DNA from: Opitutia bacterium
GTDB lineage: Bacteria; Verrucomicrobiota; Verrucomicrobiia; Opitutales; Opitutaceae
Length of the DNA: 64,000 nucleotides
Assembly (NCBI GenBank): GCA_947478395.1
Contig: CANJVR010000004.1
Span: 64,001 to 128,000 of the forward strand
Reading direction: 5' to 3'
Made by a program: the position numbers and the translations under genes. Positions 28,273-36,997 of this stretch are shown piece after piece. Positions within the stretch are counted from its first letter, which is position 1. Each line of letters begins with the position of its first letter. Under the pieces are notes generated by a model. It had not been told where the DNA came from. It saw nothing but the letters and a program-made list of their open reading frames with translations, and searched no databases.

Positions 28273-29000
28273 TGCGAACTCGGATTTGCAGTCGCCAGGT
28301 CATCAGGGCTTTCACGTTGCTCGAGCTGCTGCTCGCGATGGCGATCGGCGCGGTCGTGTTGCTGGTGATCAACGGGACCTTCTTTGGCGCGTTGCGATTG
28401 TACAACACGACGCACGATAAGATCGACGTCGACCTCGCGCTGCAACGCACGCTCGGGATTGTGCGCCGGGACCTCGCGGGGATCATGATTCCCGCCAGTC
28501 CCACCGCGACGACGAATAACTTCGCCGGCCAGCTGCAGTCCGACGCGACCGGCACCACCGCCCTCGACGACACCGCGCAGCGCATCACGCCCGATATCAA
28601 CACCAACTCGGGCCGCATCGACGGCTGGAGTCCGTTCGCCGATGTCCAGACCGTGACTTACTACCTGTCGTCCGCGAGTGACGGCGGGCCGACCAAAAAT
28701 CTTGTGCGTGCGGCCAACCGCAATCTTTTGTCCGCGAGTACCGAGACCACGATCGACGGTCAGGTTTTACTGACCGGCGTCAGCACCGCGGCGCTTTCGT
28801 TTTACGATGGTGAAAGCTGGGTTGAGACGTGGGACTCGACGTCGACGACGAGTTTGCCCAGCGCGCTGAAATTTAGCTTGGTAATGGCTCCGCGCGAAGG
28901 CGGGAACCGCGCCGATCCTGCGCCGATCGAGCTGATCGTGCCCGTGATCGTGAAGACCACCACCACCGCGCAACAGGAGGCGACAGCAGCCACGCCATGA
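28272..29000 (+). CDS. gspJ: Minor pseudopilin, GspJ-like
   Basis: AFTLLELLLAMAI; RRDL; FYDGESWVETWDS..LPSALKFSL. Confidence 0.8.
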   Translation: MRTRICSRQVIRAFTLLELLLAMAIGAVVLLVINGTFFGALRLYNTTHDKIDVDLALQRTLGIVRRDLAGIMIPASPTATTNNFAGQLQSDATGTTALDDTAQRITPDINTNSGRIDGWSPFADVQTVTYYLSSASDGGPTKNLVRAANRNLLSASTETTIDGQVLLTGVSTAALSFYDGESWVETWDSTSTTSLPSALKFSLVMAPREGGNRADPAPIELIVPVIVKTTTTAQQEATAATP

Positions 29001-30421
29001 TCGGAGCTCGTACCAATATTTTCCGAGATTCGCGGCGGCCTTGCGGGCCGTTCCGTCCGCTCGGCACGTCGAACCGCGCGAGGGGTTCCGTGCTGATTAT
29101 TGTGATGTGGATCTGTCTCGGGCTGGTCGCGCTCACCCTTTATTTCGCGAGCTCGATGAGTTCGGAGCTGCGGGCGGCCGACAATCGCGGAGCCGAGGTC
29201 GCATCGCGGCAGGCGATCGCCGGCGCCACGCGTTACGCGACGTATATCCTTAAGCAATACGCGGTCGGCGGGGTCGTGCCGGAGATCGATAACTACAAGG
29301 CTGAGGCGGTCCCGGTCGGCGCCGCGAGTTTTTGGTTTATCGGCCGCGCGACCGATTCACAGCAACTGCAGAAGCAGACCAATGTTCAGAACGAGCCGTA
29401 TTTCGCGCTCGTCGACGAATCGTCGAAGCTGAACTTGAACACGGCGACGGCGGCGATGATCCAAGCCCTGCCGTTGCCGGACATGACGCCCGATTTCGCC
29501 GCCGCCGTTGTCGCGTGGCGAAGCGCGAACAGCGCAAACGCGCAAACCCAGGACGGTATCCTGTCGCAGCTCAATCCGCCGCGCCACAATAAGGGCGCGC
29601 CCTACGAGACGGTGGATGAAATCCGGCTCATCAATGAGGCTGCGCTCGATCTGCTCGTTGGCGAAGATACGAATCGAAACGGCGTGCTCGACCCCAATGA
29701 AGACGACGGCGAGTTGTCCGCGCCGCGCGACGACCAAAACGGTCAGCTCCTCGCCGGCCTGCTGGAATACGTCACCGTCTACAGCAGCCAGCCGACCACC
29801 AGTGCATCCGGCACCCGGCGCACGAATGTCACCACGCTGACGACCCCGCAGGCGCGCAACACTCTCTCGCAACTCTTGGTCACGCGTGGCATCACGCAGC
29901 AGCGCGCGCAACAGATGATGGCGCGGATCACCAACACCACTACGCTGACCAGCGTCGCCGATTTCATGGTGACGACGCAGGTCACCGCTGCGGAGTTTGC
30001 GCTCATTCACACCGACTTGACCGCGGCCGCGGCGGCCGCGCCCGGCCTCATCAACGTGAACACGGCCAGTGAAGCGGTTCTCACGTGCATCCCGGGCATC
30101 GGCGCGGACGGCGCGGCCACACTCGTCGCTTATCGGGCGGCGCATCCGGAGGAGTTGACCTCGATGGCGTGGCTCACCGCGGCGGGACTTACCGCCGCCA
30201 ACATCCGGCGCGCGGGGACGTACATCACGGATCAATCTTATCAATTCTCCGCGGACATCGCGGCGGTCGGCGCCACCGGCCGCGGTTATTGCCGGGAAAA
30301 GGTCGTTTTCGATGTCAGCACTGGCACCCCGCGAATCGTCAATCGTCAGGACCTGACCGCTTTCGGCTGGGCGCTTGGGACGACCGTCAAACGCACTCTC
30401 AATGGAACGAAGGATATATGA
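28997..30421 (+). CDS. gspK: Minor pseudopilin GspK with helix-hairpin-helix motifs
   Basis: RGSVLIIVMWI (no Glu5, as in GspK), DESSKLNLNTA and INVNTASEAVLTCIPGIG. Confidence 0.85.
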   Translation: MIGARTNIFRDSRRPCGPFRPLGTSNRARGSVLIIVMWICLGLVALTLYFASSMSSELRAADNRGAEVASRQAIAGATRYATYILKQYAVGGVVPEIDNYKAEAVPVGAASFWFIGRATDSQQLQKQTNVQNEPYFALVDESSKLNLNTATAAMIQALPLPDMTPDFAAAVVAWRSANSANAQTQDGILSQLNPPRHNKGAPYETVDEIRLINEAALDLLVGEDTNRNGVLDPNEDDGELSAPRDDQNGQLLAGLLEYVTVYSSQPTTSASGTRRTNVTTLTTPQARNTLSQLLVTRGITQQRAQQMMARITNTTTLTSVADFMVTTQVTAAEFALIHTDLTAAAAAAPGLINVNTASEAVLTCIPGIGADGAATLVAYRAAHPEELTSMAWLTAAGLTAANIRRAGTYITDQSYQFSADIAAVGATGRGYCREKVVFDVSTGTPRIVNRQDLTAFGWALGTTVKRTLNGTKDI

Positions 30422-31833
30422 GTACTAAAAAGAAGGCTACGAAACGCGCCCCATCCGTCCTCGGCCTTGTGCTGGCGGACGGCCAGTTGCGGGCGTTTAA
30501 TGTGACGCGCACCAAGGACCGGTTGGAAATTGGGAAGGTCGCGAGCGCGCCGATGACGCTCGACCTGTTGCATCCGGAGGCCGAGCTCGTTGGCCGGGAA
30601 ATCAAAAACCACCTCGACGCCGCCGGGATTCGCGAGCGGCACTGCATCGTCGGTCTTCCGCCGCGCTGGGTGATGAGCCAGCATGCTGCGCTGCCTGAGC
30701 TCTCCCCGGAGGACGCGAACAGTTTTCTGCAGATGGAAGCGGAGAAAGGCTTCCCGGTTGATCCCGCGCAGTTGCAAATCGCGCGTTCCTTTCAACGTTC
30801 CACCGGTGGGACGTTCGTGACCCAGCTCGCCGTGCGCCGGGAGCAGATCGATCAGCTCAGCGCCGTGTTGAAGGCCGCGGGGTTAAAGGAAGTCAGCTTT
30901 TCGCTTGGGCTCGCGATGCTCCCGGGCGTGATTTCGCCGGCTGGCAGCGGTGGCCGTATCACCGTCGCCGTGGAAACGACCGGAATCACCCTGTTGATCG
31001 CGGCGGGGGGCGGTATCGCGGCGTTCCGCACGTTCGAGGCGAGTATAGAATCCGAGGCCGGCGAGAAACTCATCAATGGCGCGGCGGTTGCGCGCGAACT
31101 GCGCATCACGTTCGAACAGGTACCCGCGGCGCTGCGTTCCGAGGTAGGAGAACTCTTGCTGCTCGGCGATTCTGCGATGGTGCGACAGCTCGCGGAGACG
31201 CTCGGTGACTGGGCGAAAACGGCTCAGCTTACGATCGTTCGGGGCGACCAGCCGGATAAAACTTTCGCCGCCGAGATGGCGGAAATGCTCGCGTCCCGCT
31301 GGCTGGACGGCACTTCGCCCAACTTGGAATTTCTGCCGCCGCGCCCGGGCCGCTGGGCCATGTTGGTTGCACGTTATAATTCGAAGCGGCTTGCGAGCGT
31401 GGGCTTCGCCGCCGGAGCGCTCGTTTTGCTGACGATCCTGGCGTTTGGCTGGCTCGAGTTTCGCCGCTGGTCGCTCCAATCCGAATGGAGCGGTATGCAG
31501 ACCCAAGTGGTGGCGCTTGAAGCGGTGCAGGCCAAGATCCGCGAATTCTCTCCTTTCTACGATACTTCGTTCCGCAGTCTGAGCATCCTGAAACGCGTCA
31601 CCGAGTGTTTCCCGGATAACGGCTCGGTCACCGCCAAAACCTTTGAGCTGCATGGCACCTCGGCGGTGAGCATCAGCGGCACGATGCGCGATAACGCCGC
31701 CTTGATTCGGGTGCAAGACGCCCTGAGTAAATCGAAGGAAATCAAGGACGTTAAAATCGAGCAGATTCGTGGTAAATCTCCGGCTATGCAGTACACCCTC
31801 ACCGTTCGTTGGAACGCTCCCTCCGGCTCATGA
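30418..31833 (+). CDS. GspL-like / PilM-PilN-like assembly platform protein
   Basis: Start ATG 30418 overlaps the gspK stop; actin-like cytoplasmic region, one TM helix, coiled coil and ferredoxin-like C-terminus (VSISGTM); position in cluster. Confidence 0.7.
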   Translation: MSTKKKATKRAPSVLGLVLADGQLRAFNVTRTKDRLEIGKVASAPMTLDLLHPEAELVGREIKNHLDAAGIRERHCIVGLPPRWVMSQHAALPELSPEDANSFLQMEAEKGFPVDPAQLQIARSFQRSTGGTFVTQLAVRREQIDQLSAVLKAAGLKEVSFSLGLAMLPGVISPAGSGGRITVAVETTGITLLIAAGGGIAAFRTFEASIESEAGEKLINGAAVARELRITFEQVPAALRSEVGELLLLGDSAMVRQLAETLGDWAKTAQLTIVRGDQPDKTFAAEMAEMLASRWLDGTSPNLEFLPPRPGRWAMLVARYNSKRLASVGFAAGALVLLTILAFGWLEFRRWSLQSEWSGMQTQVVALEAVQAKIREFSPFYDTSFRSLSILKRVTECFPDNGSVTAKTFELHGTSAVSISGTMRDNAALIRVQDALSKSKEIKDVKIEQIRGKSPAMQYTLTVRWNAPSGS

Positions 31834-32381
31834 TATCTAATCTTCCTCCCCGTCAGCGCCTCCTCGCGATCATCGCGGGCGTCGTGGTCGCATTGCTCGT
31901 ACTCGACAGTGTTGTCATCGAACCGCTCTACCACACCTGGCAGACGCATGCGGCCGAGATCACACGGCTGAACGCGTCCGTCACTAAAGGTCGCACCACC
32001 ATCGCGCGTGCGGCGCAGAACGATCGCCGCTGGAGCGATATGCAGGCCAATGCGCTGGCCAAGGAGCCCTCGCAGGCGGAGGGCGACGTTTACTCCGCGT
32101 TCGACCGTTGGGCCGTCGCGAACCGGGTCGAACTTTCCGGCATCCGCTTTCAATGGAAACGCGGCGCGACGGACAAATATTCCCTGCTCGAAGGTCGCAT
32201 CGATGCCACGGGCACGATGACTACGCTGAGCCATTTCCTTTATGAACTTGAGCAGTCGGCCCTCGCTCTGCGCGTCGACTCGGTGGAAATTACATCCCGG
32301 GACGATAGTGGTCAGAAACTGGGCCTCAGCCTCATCGTCAGCGGCCTCCGCCTCACCCCTTTGGAGCGCAAATTACAATGA
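31830..32381 (+). CDS. GspM/PilO-like protein
   Basis: PRQRLL + TM helix + coiled coil + GTMTTLSHFLYELE..LRVDSVEI; ATGA overlap with the previous gene. Confidence 0.75.
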   Translation: MISNLPPRQRLLAIIAGVVVALLVLDSVVIEPLYHTWQTHAAEITRLNASVTKGRTTIARAAQNDRRWSDMQANALAKEPSQAEGDVYSAFDRWAVANRVELSGIRFQWKRGATDKYSLLEGRIDATGTMTTLSHFLYELEQSALALRVDSVEITSRDDSGQKLGLSLIVSGLRLTPLERKLQ

Positions 32382-33016
32382 ACCCACGTTTGATCCTCCT
32401 CTCAATTGCGATCCTTGGCGCGCACCGCGTCTCCGCGGTCGACGTCAAGCCGGCTCCCGCCGCCCCGGCGCCTGCGAAAGCGGCGGTCGGCGTGGCCAAG
32501 GCTCCGACTGCGTCGTCCGTGGCGCCCACTGGCACCTACGACGCGTTCCGCATCGTCACCGACCGCAATATTTTTAACCCCAACCGCACCGGTCGCCGCG
32601 ATCGTAGCGTCGACGAGGTGCCGCCCCGGCTCGATATCATCACGCTCGTTGGCACGATGGATTCCGACAAGGGGCTGCGCGCCTTCTGCGACGGCTCCGA
32701 TGCCGCCTACCGCAAAGCGCTGCGCGTGGGCGACTCGGTCGATAAATTTAAGGTGACCAAAATCAGCGCCAATACGGTGGACTTTGAGGCCGACGGAAAG
32801 TCGTTTTCCGCCCGCGTCGGTCAGCAATTCCATCGGCCGGAAGGCGCTGATTGGACTTTGGTTGGCGAAGATGTCGCCCGCCTTGAGGCTCAAGCCCGCG
32901 CCGCTGCGGCCAACGCTGGCCGGGTCAATCCCAACGCTCCGGTCGCAATCCCGGCCGATGCATCTGACGCCGTTCGGAAAATGATGGAGAGACGCAATCA
33001 AACTTTGAAACCATGA
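32378..33016 (+). CDS. GspC/PilP-like protein
   Basis: N-terminal hydrophobic segment, RNIFNP, LVGTM and LRVGDSVDKFKVTKISANTV (HR-domain-like); lies just before the secretin genes. Confidence 0.6.
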   Translation: MNPRLILLSIAILGAHRVSAVDVKPAPAAPAPAKAAVGVAKAPTASSVAPTGTYDAFRIVTDRNIFNPNRTGRRDRSVDEVPPRLDIITLVGTMDSDKGLRAFCDGSDAAYRKALRVGDSVDKFKVTKISANTVDFEADGKSFSARVGQQFHRPEGADWTLVGEDVARLEAQARAAAANAGRVNPNAPVAIPADASDAVRKMMERRNQTLKP

Positions 33017-34263
33017 AAACCACGCACATCACCCCGGCCGTGTGGCTCGGAATCGCCACGCTTACCTCCAGTGTCTGGGCCCAAGACCCGGTAGCTGCCG
33101 TCAACGCGCCCGCGTCCGACGTCGCTCAAGCTCCCGCCGCACGCGCCGCGGGGACGCTACGCTTTAATTTCCGCGGCGCGCCCTTAGAGGCCGTGCTCAC
33201 CTACATGAGCGAAGCCGCCGGTTACACCATCGTGCTCGACACGCCGGTGCGCGGCACCGTCGACATGTTCAGCGCCCAGCCGATCACTCGCACGGAAGCG
33301 CTTCAACTCCTCAACCTCGCGCTAAATAAAAACGGTTTCACCTCCGTCGTTGAGGGCCGGACGATCGTGATTTCGTCGAAGGAGGACGCGAAAAAGAAGA
33401 ATCTTCCGATTCGCACGAGCAACAATCCCGACGAGATTCCGAACACCGCCGAGATGGTGATTCAAATCATTCCGCTGCGGCACCTCGACGCCACGACGGC
33501 CGCGCGCGATCTGGGTGCGCTGTTACCCGGGACTTCGACGCTCACGGCCAACGCGGATAGTAATTCGCTCATCGTGACGGACACGAACATCAATCTCAAA
33601 CAGGTCGTGAAACTGGTGGATGCGCTCGACACCTCGAGCGACTCCGTTTCGACGATGAAAATTTTTGAGCTCAAGAACGCCGACCCGTATGAAATGGCGC
33701 AGCTCATCACCAATCTCTACAGCACAACCGCGCAGGCTCAGAATGGTGGGCGCGGCGGCCAGGCCGCCGGTGGTTTTGGCGCTGGCGGCTTCGGCGGCGC
33801 GGCCGGTCTCGCCGCAGTCTTTGGTGGCGGGGCCAACGCCGGCGGCGGCGGCGGCCGTGGGGGCGGCGGTGGTGGTGGTGGCGGTGGTGGTGGCGGTCGC
33901 GCGGGTCGTGGTGGCACCACGACCAACCGGACGGTTCCCGTCGTGGCAGTCGCCGATCCGCGCACGATGCGCGTGATCGTCACGGCTTCGAAAGACCAGA
34001 TGCCGGACATCACGGTCATGGTTGCCCAGCTCGATTCGACCACGGGGCGCAAGCAGCAGGCCTTCGTTTACAACATCGAGAACGGAAACGTGAAACAGAT
34101 GGAGACGATGCTGAAGGCACTCTACCCGAGCAGCTCCAATCGGACCACGACCAACAATCAGCCCGACCCGTTGACCTCGCGCGCGACGACAAACGCCAAC
34201 AGCGGCACCACGCAACTCCAACTCGGCACCACGAGCGGCACGGGTACCACGCGGACGAACTAA
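33013..34263 (+). CDS. Secretin N-terminal half (N0, NolW-like N repeats, first half of N3); no secretin barrel
   Basis: Signal peptide; LRFNFRGAPLEAVL (N0); IIPLRHLDA..SNSLIVTD; IFELKNADP..RVIVTAS; ends after FVYNIENGNVKQMETMLKALY plus an S/T/N-rich tail. Confidence 0.85.
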   Translation: MKTTHITPAVWLGIATLTSSVWAQDPVAAVNAPASDVAQAPAARAAGTLRFNFRGAPLEAVLTYMSEAAGYTIVLDTPVRGTVDMFSAQPITRTEALQLLNLALNKNGFTSVVEGRTIVISSKEDAKKKNLPIRTSNNPDEIPNTAEMVIQIIPLRHLDATTAARDLGALLPGTSTLTANADSNSLIVTDTNINLKQVVKLVDALDTSSDSVSTMKIFELKNADPYEMAQLITNLYSTTAQAQNGGRGGQAAGGFGAGGFGGAAGLAAVFGGGANAGGGGGRGGGGGGGGGGGGGRAGRGGTTTNRTVPVVAVADPRTMRVIVTASKDQMPDITVMVAQLDSTTGRKQQAFVYNIENGNVKQMETMLKALYPSSSNRTTTNNQPDPLTSRATTNANSGTTQLQLGTTSGTGTTRTN

Positions 34264-34286
34264 CCGGCTAGTCTAAATCAAATTCT

Positions 34287-35465
34287 ATGAATTCTAAATT
34301 TTTCCGGTCTCAGGCCCAGTCGGCTGTGCTGACGGCCTTCGTTTTATTCAGTTCCGTTTCCGCTTTCGGCCAAGGCCGGGGCGGTGCCGTCGGCGGCGGT
34401 GGCGGTGGAATTGGCGGCGGCGGCGGTGGTGGCGGCGGTGGTGGCGGTACAAGCTCGAGCACTCGGCAGTACCAAAATTCCACGTTGGTGGGCGACGCCT
34501 CGATATCGAGCGATGTCGACACCCGGCAGATAATCGTGGTCACGGATCCGCTCACCAACGAAAGCATCCGGGCCGTTATCGCGAGCCTCGACAAGCCGCG
34601 GCCCCAAGTGCTGATCAACGTGGTCTTCATGCAGGTCACGCATGACAACAGTTTCGACTTGGGCGCCGAGGCGAAGTACCAGGGACCGATCTCCATCAAG
34701 ACCAATCCGGAGGGCATCGCGCAGACGAAATTCGGCATCGCGAGTGCACTGGCCAACAGCTCGATCACGGGTGCGTTCTACAGTCTCATCGGGCGTGACA
34801 TTCAGTCGACCATTCACGCCTCCGCCGGCGTGAGCAAAACGGAGATTCTCTCCCGTCCCTCCATTCTGACCCGGAGCAATCAACAGGCGACGATCCTCGT
34901 CGGACAAAATGTCCCGTTGCTCAGCACCACGACGCAGAACCTGAATTCGGCGAACAATTCCATCACCAGCACGATCACCTATCAGGACGTGGGTATCATT
35001 CTTCGCGTGACGCCGTTCATCACGCAGGACGGCTTGGTGGAAATGATCGTCGCGCCCGAGATCTCCTCGATCAGTCCCACCACCGTCTCGATTCCGGGTG
35101 CGGGTAACGCCACCGTGATCGATCGCCGCTCGGCCGATACCGTAGTGGTTACGCCCAGCGACCAGACGATTGTGATCGGCGGCTTGATCTCATCCCAGAA
35201 AAACAACGTGGACAATAAAGTGCCGCTATTGGGCGACATCCCGCTCATCGGCAGCCTCTTTAAGCGGAAGACGACGGAAGACGTAAAAACCGAGCTCCTG
35301 ATTTTCCTGACGCCCCACGTCGTCAAAAAGCCGTCCGACCTTGCCGCGTTGACTGACAGTGAGCGCTCGCGCCTCAACATGGCGCCGGTGACGTTCGACA
35401 AGGCCGACATCGGCAAATTTCTTCCCGCTAGCTCGCCCGCCAATAACGCGGGCCCCAAGCCCTGA
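34287..35465 (+). CDS. gspD: Secretin C-terminal half (second half of N3 + secretin core), GspD-like
   Basis: Own signal peptide (…SVSAFG-Q); DTRQIIVVT..LDKPRPQVLINV; LSRPSILT..QQATILVGQNVP; YQDVGIILRVTP; KVPLLGDIPLIGSLF; ELLIFLTPHVV. Confidence 0.9.
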   Translation: MNSKFFRSQAQSAVLTAFVLFSSVSAFGQGRGGAVGGGGGGIGGGGGGGGGGGGTSSSTRQYQNSTLVGDASISSDVDTRQIIVVTDPLTNESIRAVIASLDKPRPQVLINVVFMQVTHDNSFDLGAEAKYQGPISIKTNPEGIAQTKFGIASALANSSITGAFYSLIGRDIQSTIHASAGVSKTEILSRPSILTRSNQQATILVGQNVPLLSTTTQNLNSANNSITSTITYQDVGIILRVTPFITQDGLVEMIVAPEISSISPTTVSIPGAGNATVIDRRSADTVVVTPSDQTIVIGGLISSQKNNVDNKVPLLGDIPLIGSLFKRKTTEDVKTELLIFLTPHVVKKPSDLAALTDSERSRLNMAPVTFDKADIGKFLPASSPANNAGPKP

Positions 35466-35521
35466 ACGTAATTGAAGCTTGGAATGGGCGGCGGTTCCGG
35501 GCGAATTGACAGCTGCGCTCC

Positions 35522-36997
35522 ATGGGCTCGCCGAATGCCAAACGCCGTCTGTTTATTTATGTCACCCTGATCGGATGCGGGCTCGGGGTGTGCGCGTGGC
35601 AGTTCGAGGAGCACGCTCGTTTTAAACGCGAGGCGGAAAACGCCCTGATCAACCGCGCCAGCGATATCACCTCGACGCTGGGGGTCGTGGTGCGTTCGCA
35701 GCAACGCTTCAGCCCGATGGTCTCGAAGGACCGTCTGGAGTCGGCGCTGAAACTGCTCGTTTCAGACGAGCTAAAGGCCATCACGATCCTAGCTGCGACC
35801 GGCCAGCCGATTGCGAGCGCGGGCAGCAAAATGGAGCTGCCGGGCGATATTTTGCAGCCACCTGGCGTGCACTGGGAGGATCGCACGCTGACGGTTATGA
35901 ACCCAACTGACCTCGGATCGCCGGCCACCGACGACCTGTCGCGGCCGCGTCCCCCGATTGTGGTGACCGACGAGAGGCTCGGTCGCGAGCGGCTTCCAAG
36001 TCGGCGCTCCCAGCCGGTGTCCACCGAAGTCCCCATGCCCGCAGCGGACGGCGGGCCCGCGCCCGTGACCCCGGCGGAGTCGCGCCCGCTCATGGGCCGG
36101 CCGTACTGGATGATGACCGCGGAGCAGATCCAAAAGCAGGGCGTGCATGCGATCGTCATCTCGCTCTCCACGGAAAAGATGCACCGCACCGTGAATGCCG
36201 ACCTGCTATTGCGTTCCATGGTCAGCCTGCTCGCGATGGGTGGGGCGATGATCTCTTCGCTGGCGTGGCGGAACGTCGGGAAAAATTCCGAGCTTCAAAT
36301 CCGCCTGATCAAGGCGGGCGAGATGAATACACACTTGAAGGAAATGAATCTCGCGGCCGCCGGACTCGCCCACGAGACGCGCAATCCGCTCAACCTGATC
36401 CGTGGCCTGGCACAGATGATTTCGATGGAGGCCAAAGATACCCCAAAGTTGAAGGAGCACGCTTCGATCATCCTCGAGGAAGCTGATCGCGTGACCGTGC
36501 AGCTGAATGAATTCATTAACTACTCGAAACCGCGCAACGTGCAGTTGGCCCCCGTTGATGTGCAGCGTCTGGTCGCGGATTTAGCGCGCACGCTCGTACC
36601 GGACATCGAAGAAAAACAGATCGTTGTGCAGCAACCAGAGTCGGCGCTCATCATCGACGCCGACGAACAGCTGTTGCGGCAGGCGTTGTTCAACGTGTTG
36701 TTGAACGCCATTCAGGCTGTGTCCTTGGGCGGACGCGTGGAGGTGCGCCTAGCCACCGTCGGCTCGCGTGAAGCCATACTTGAAATCCGTGACGACGGCC
36801 CCGGGGTACCGGCGGCTGATCGTGTTTCAATTTTTAAGCCCTACATCACCATGCGGCCCAAAGGGGTCGGGCTGGGCCTCGCCATCGTGGCGCAAATTGC
36901 CGCGGTGCATCACTGGGAAGTCAGTTGCGAAGCGAACGAACCGCGGGGCGCGTGCTTCCGATTCAGCGGACTCAAGCTCGCCGCTGCGCCGACATGA
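35522..36997 (+). CDS. Membrane sensor histidine kinase (ZraS/AtoS-like)
   Basis: Two TM segments; H-box AAGLAHETRNPL; N-box NVLLNAIQA; DDGPG; GVGLGL. Confidence 0.92.
   Translation: MGSPNAKRRLFIYVTLIGCGLGVCAWQFEEHARFKREAENALINRASDITSTLGVVVRSQQRFSPMVSKDRLESALKLLVSDELKAITILAATGQPIASAGSKMELPGDILQPPGVHWEDRTLTVMNPTDLGSPATDDLSRPRPPIVVTDERLGRERLPSRRSQPVSTEVPMPAADGGPAPVTPAESRPLMGRPYWMMTAEQIQKQGVHAIVISLSTEKMHRTVNADLLLRSMVSLLAMGGAMISSLAWRNVGKNSELQIRLIKAGEMNTHLKEMNLAAAGLAHETRNPLNLIRGLAQMISMEAKDTPKLKEHASIILEEADRVTVQLNEFINYSKPRNVQLAPVDVQRLVADLARTLVPDIEEKQIVVQQPESALIIDADEQLLRQALFNVLLNAIQAVSLGGRVEVRLATVGSREAILEIRDDGPGVPAADRVSIFKPYITMRPKGVGLGLAIVAQIAAVHHWEVSCEANEPRGACFRFSGLKLAAAPT

Noticed and set aside
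23767..33016. Cluster as a type IV pilus or competence system
   Set aside because: The major pilin has GspG signatures (WRGPYL, DPWG, GPDG), a GspK-type subunit is present, and there is no PilT, ComEC or DprA in the window.
33841..33900. GGC/GGT run as a contingency microsatellite or CRISPR-like repeat
   Set aside because: It is an in-frame poly-Gly with mixed codons and no spacers; triplet changes would not switch phase.
34255..34295. Secretin break as a frameshift or pseudogene
   Set aside because: The downstream ORF has its own ATG and a complete signal peptide, and the break falls in a variable loop; a single indel would not create these. Read-level confirmation is still advisable.
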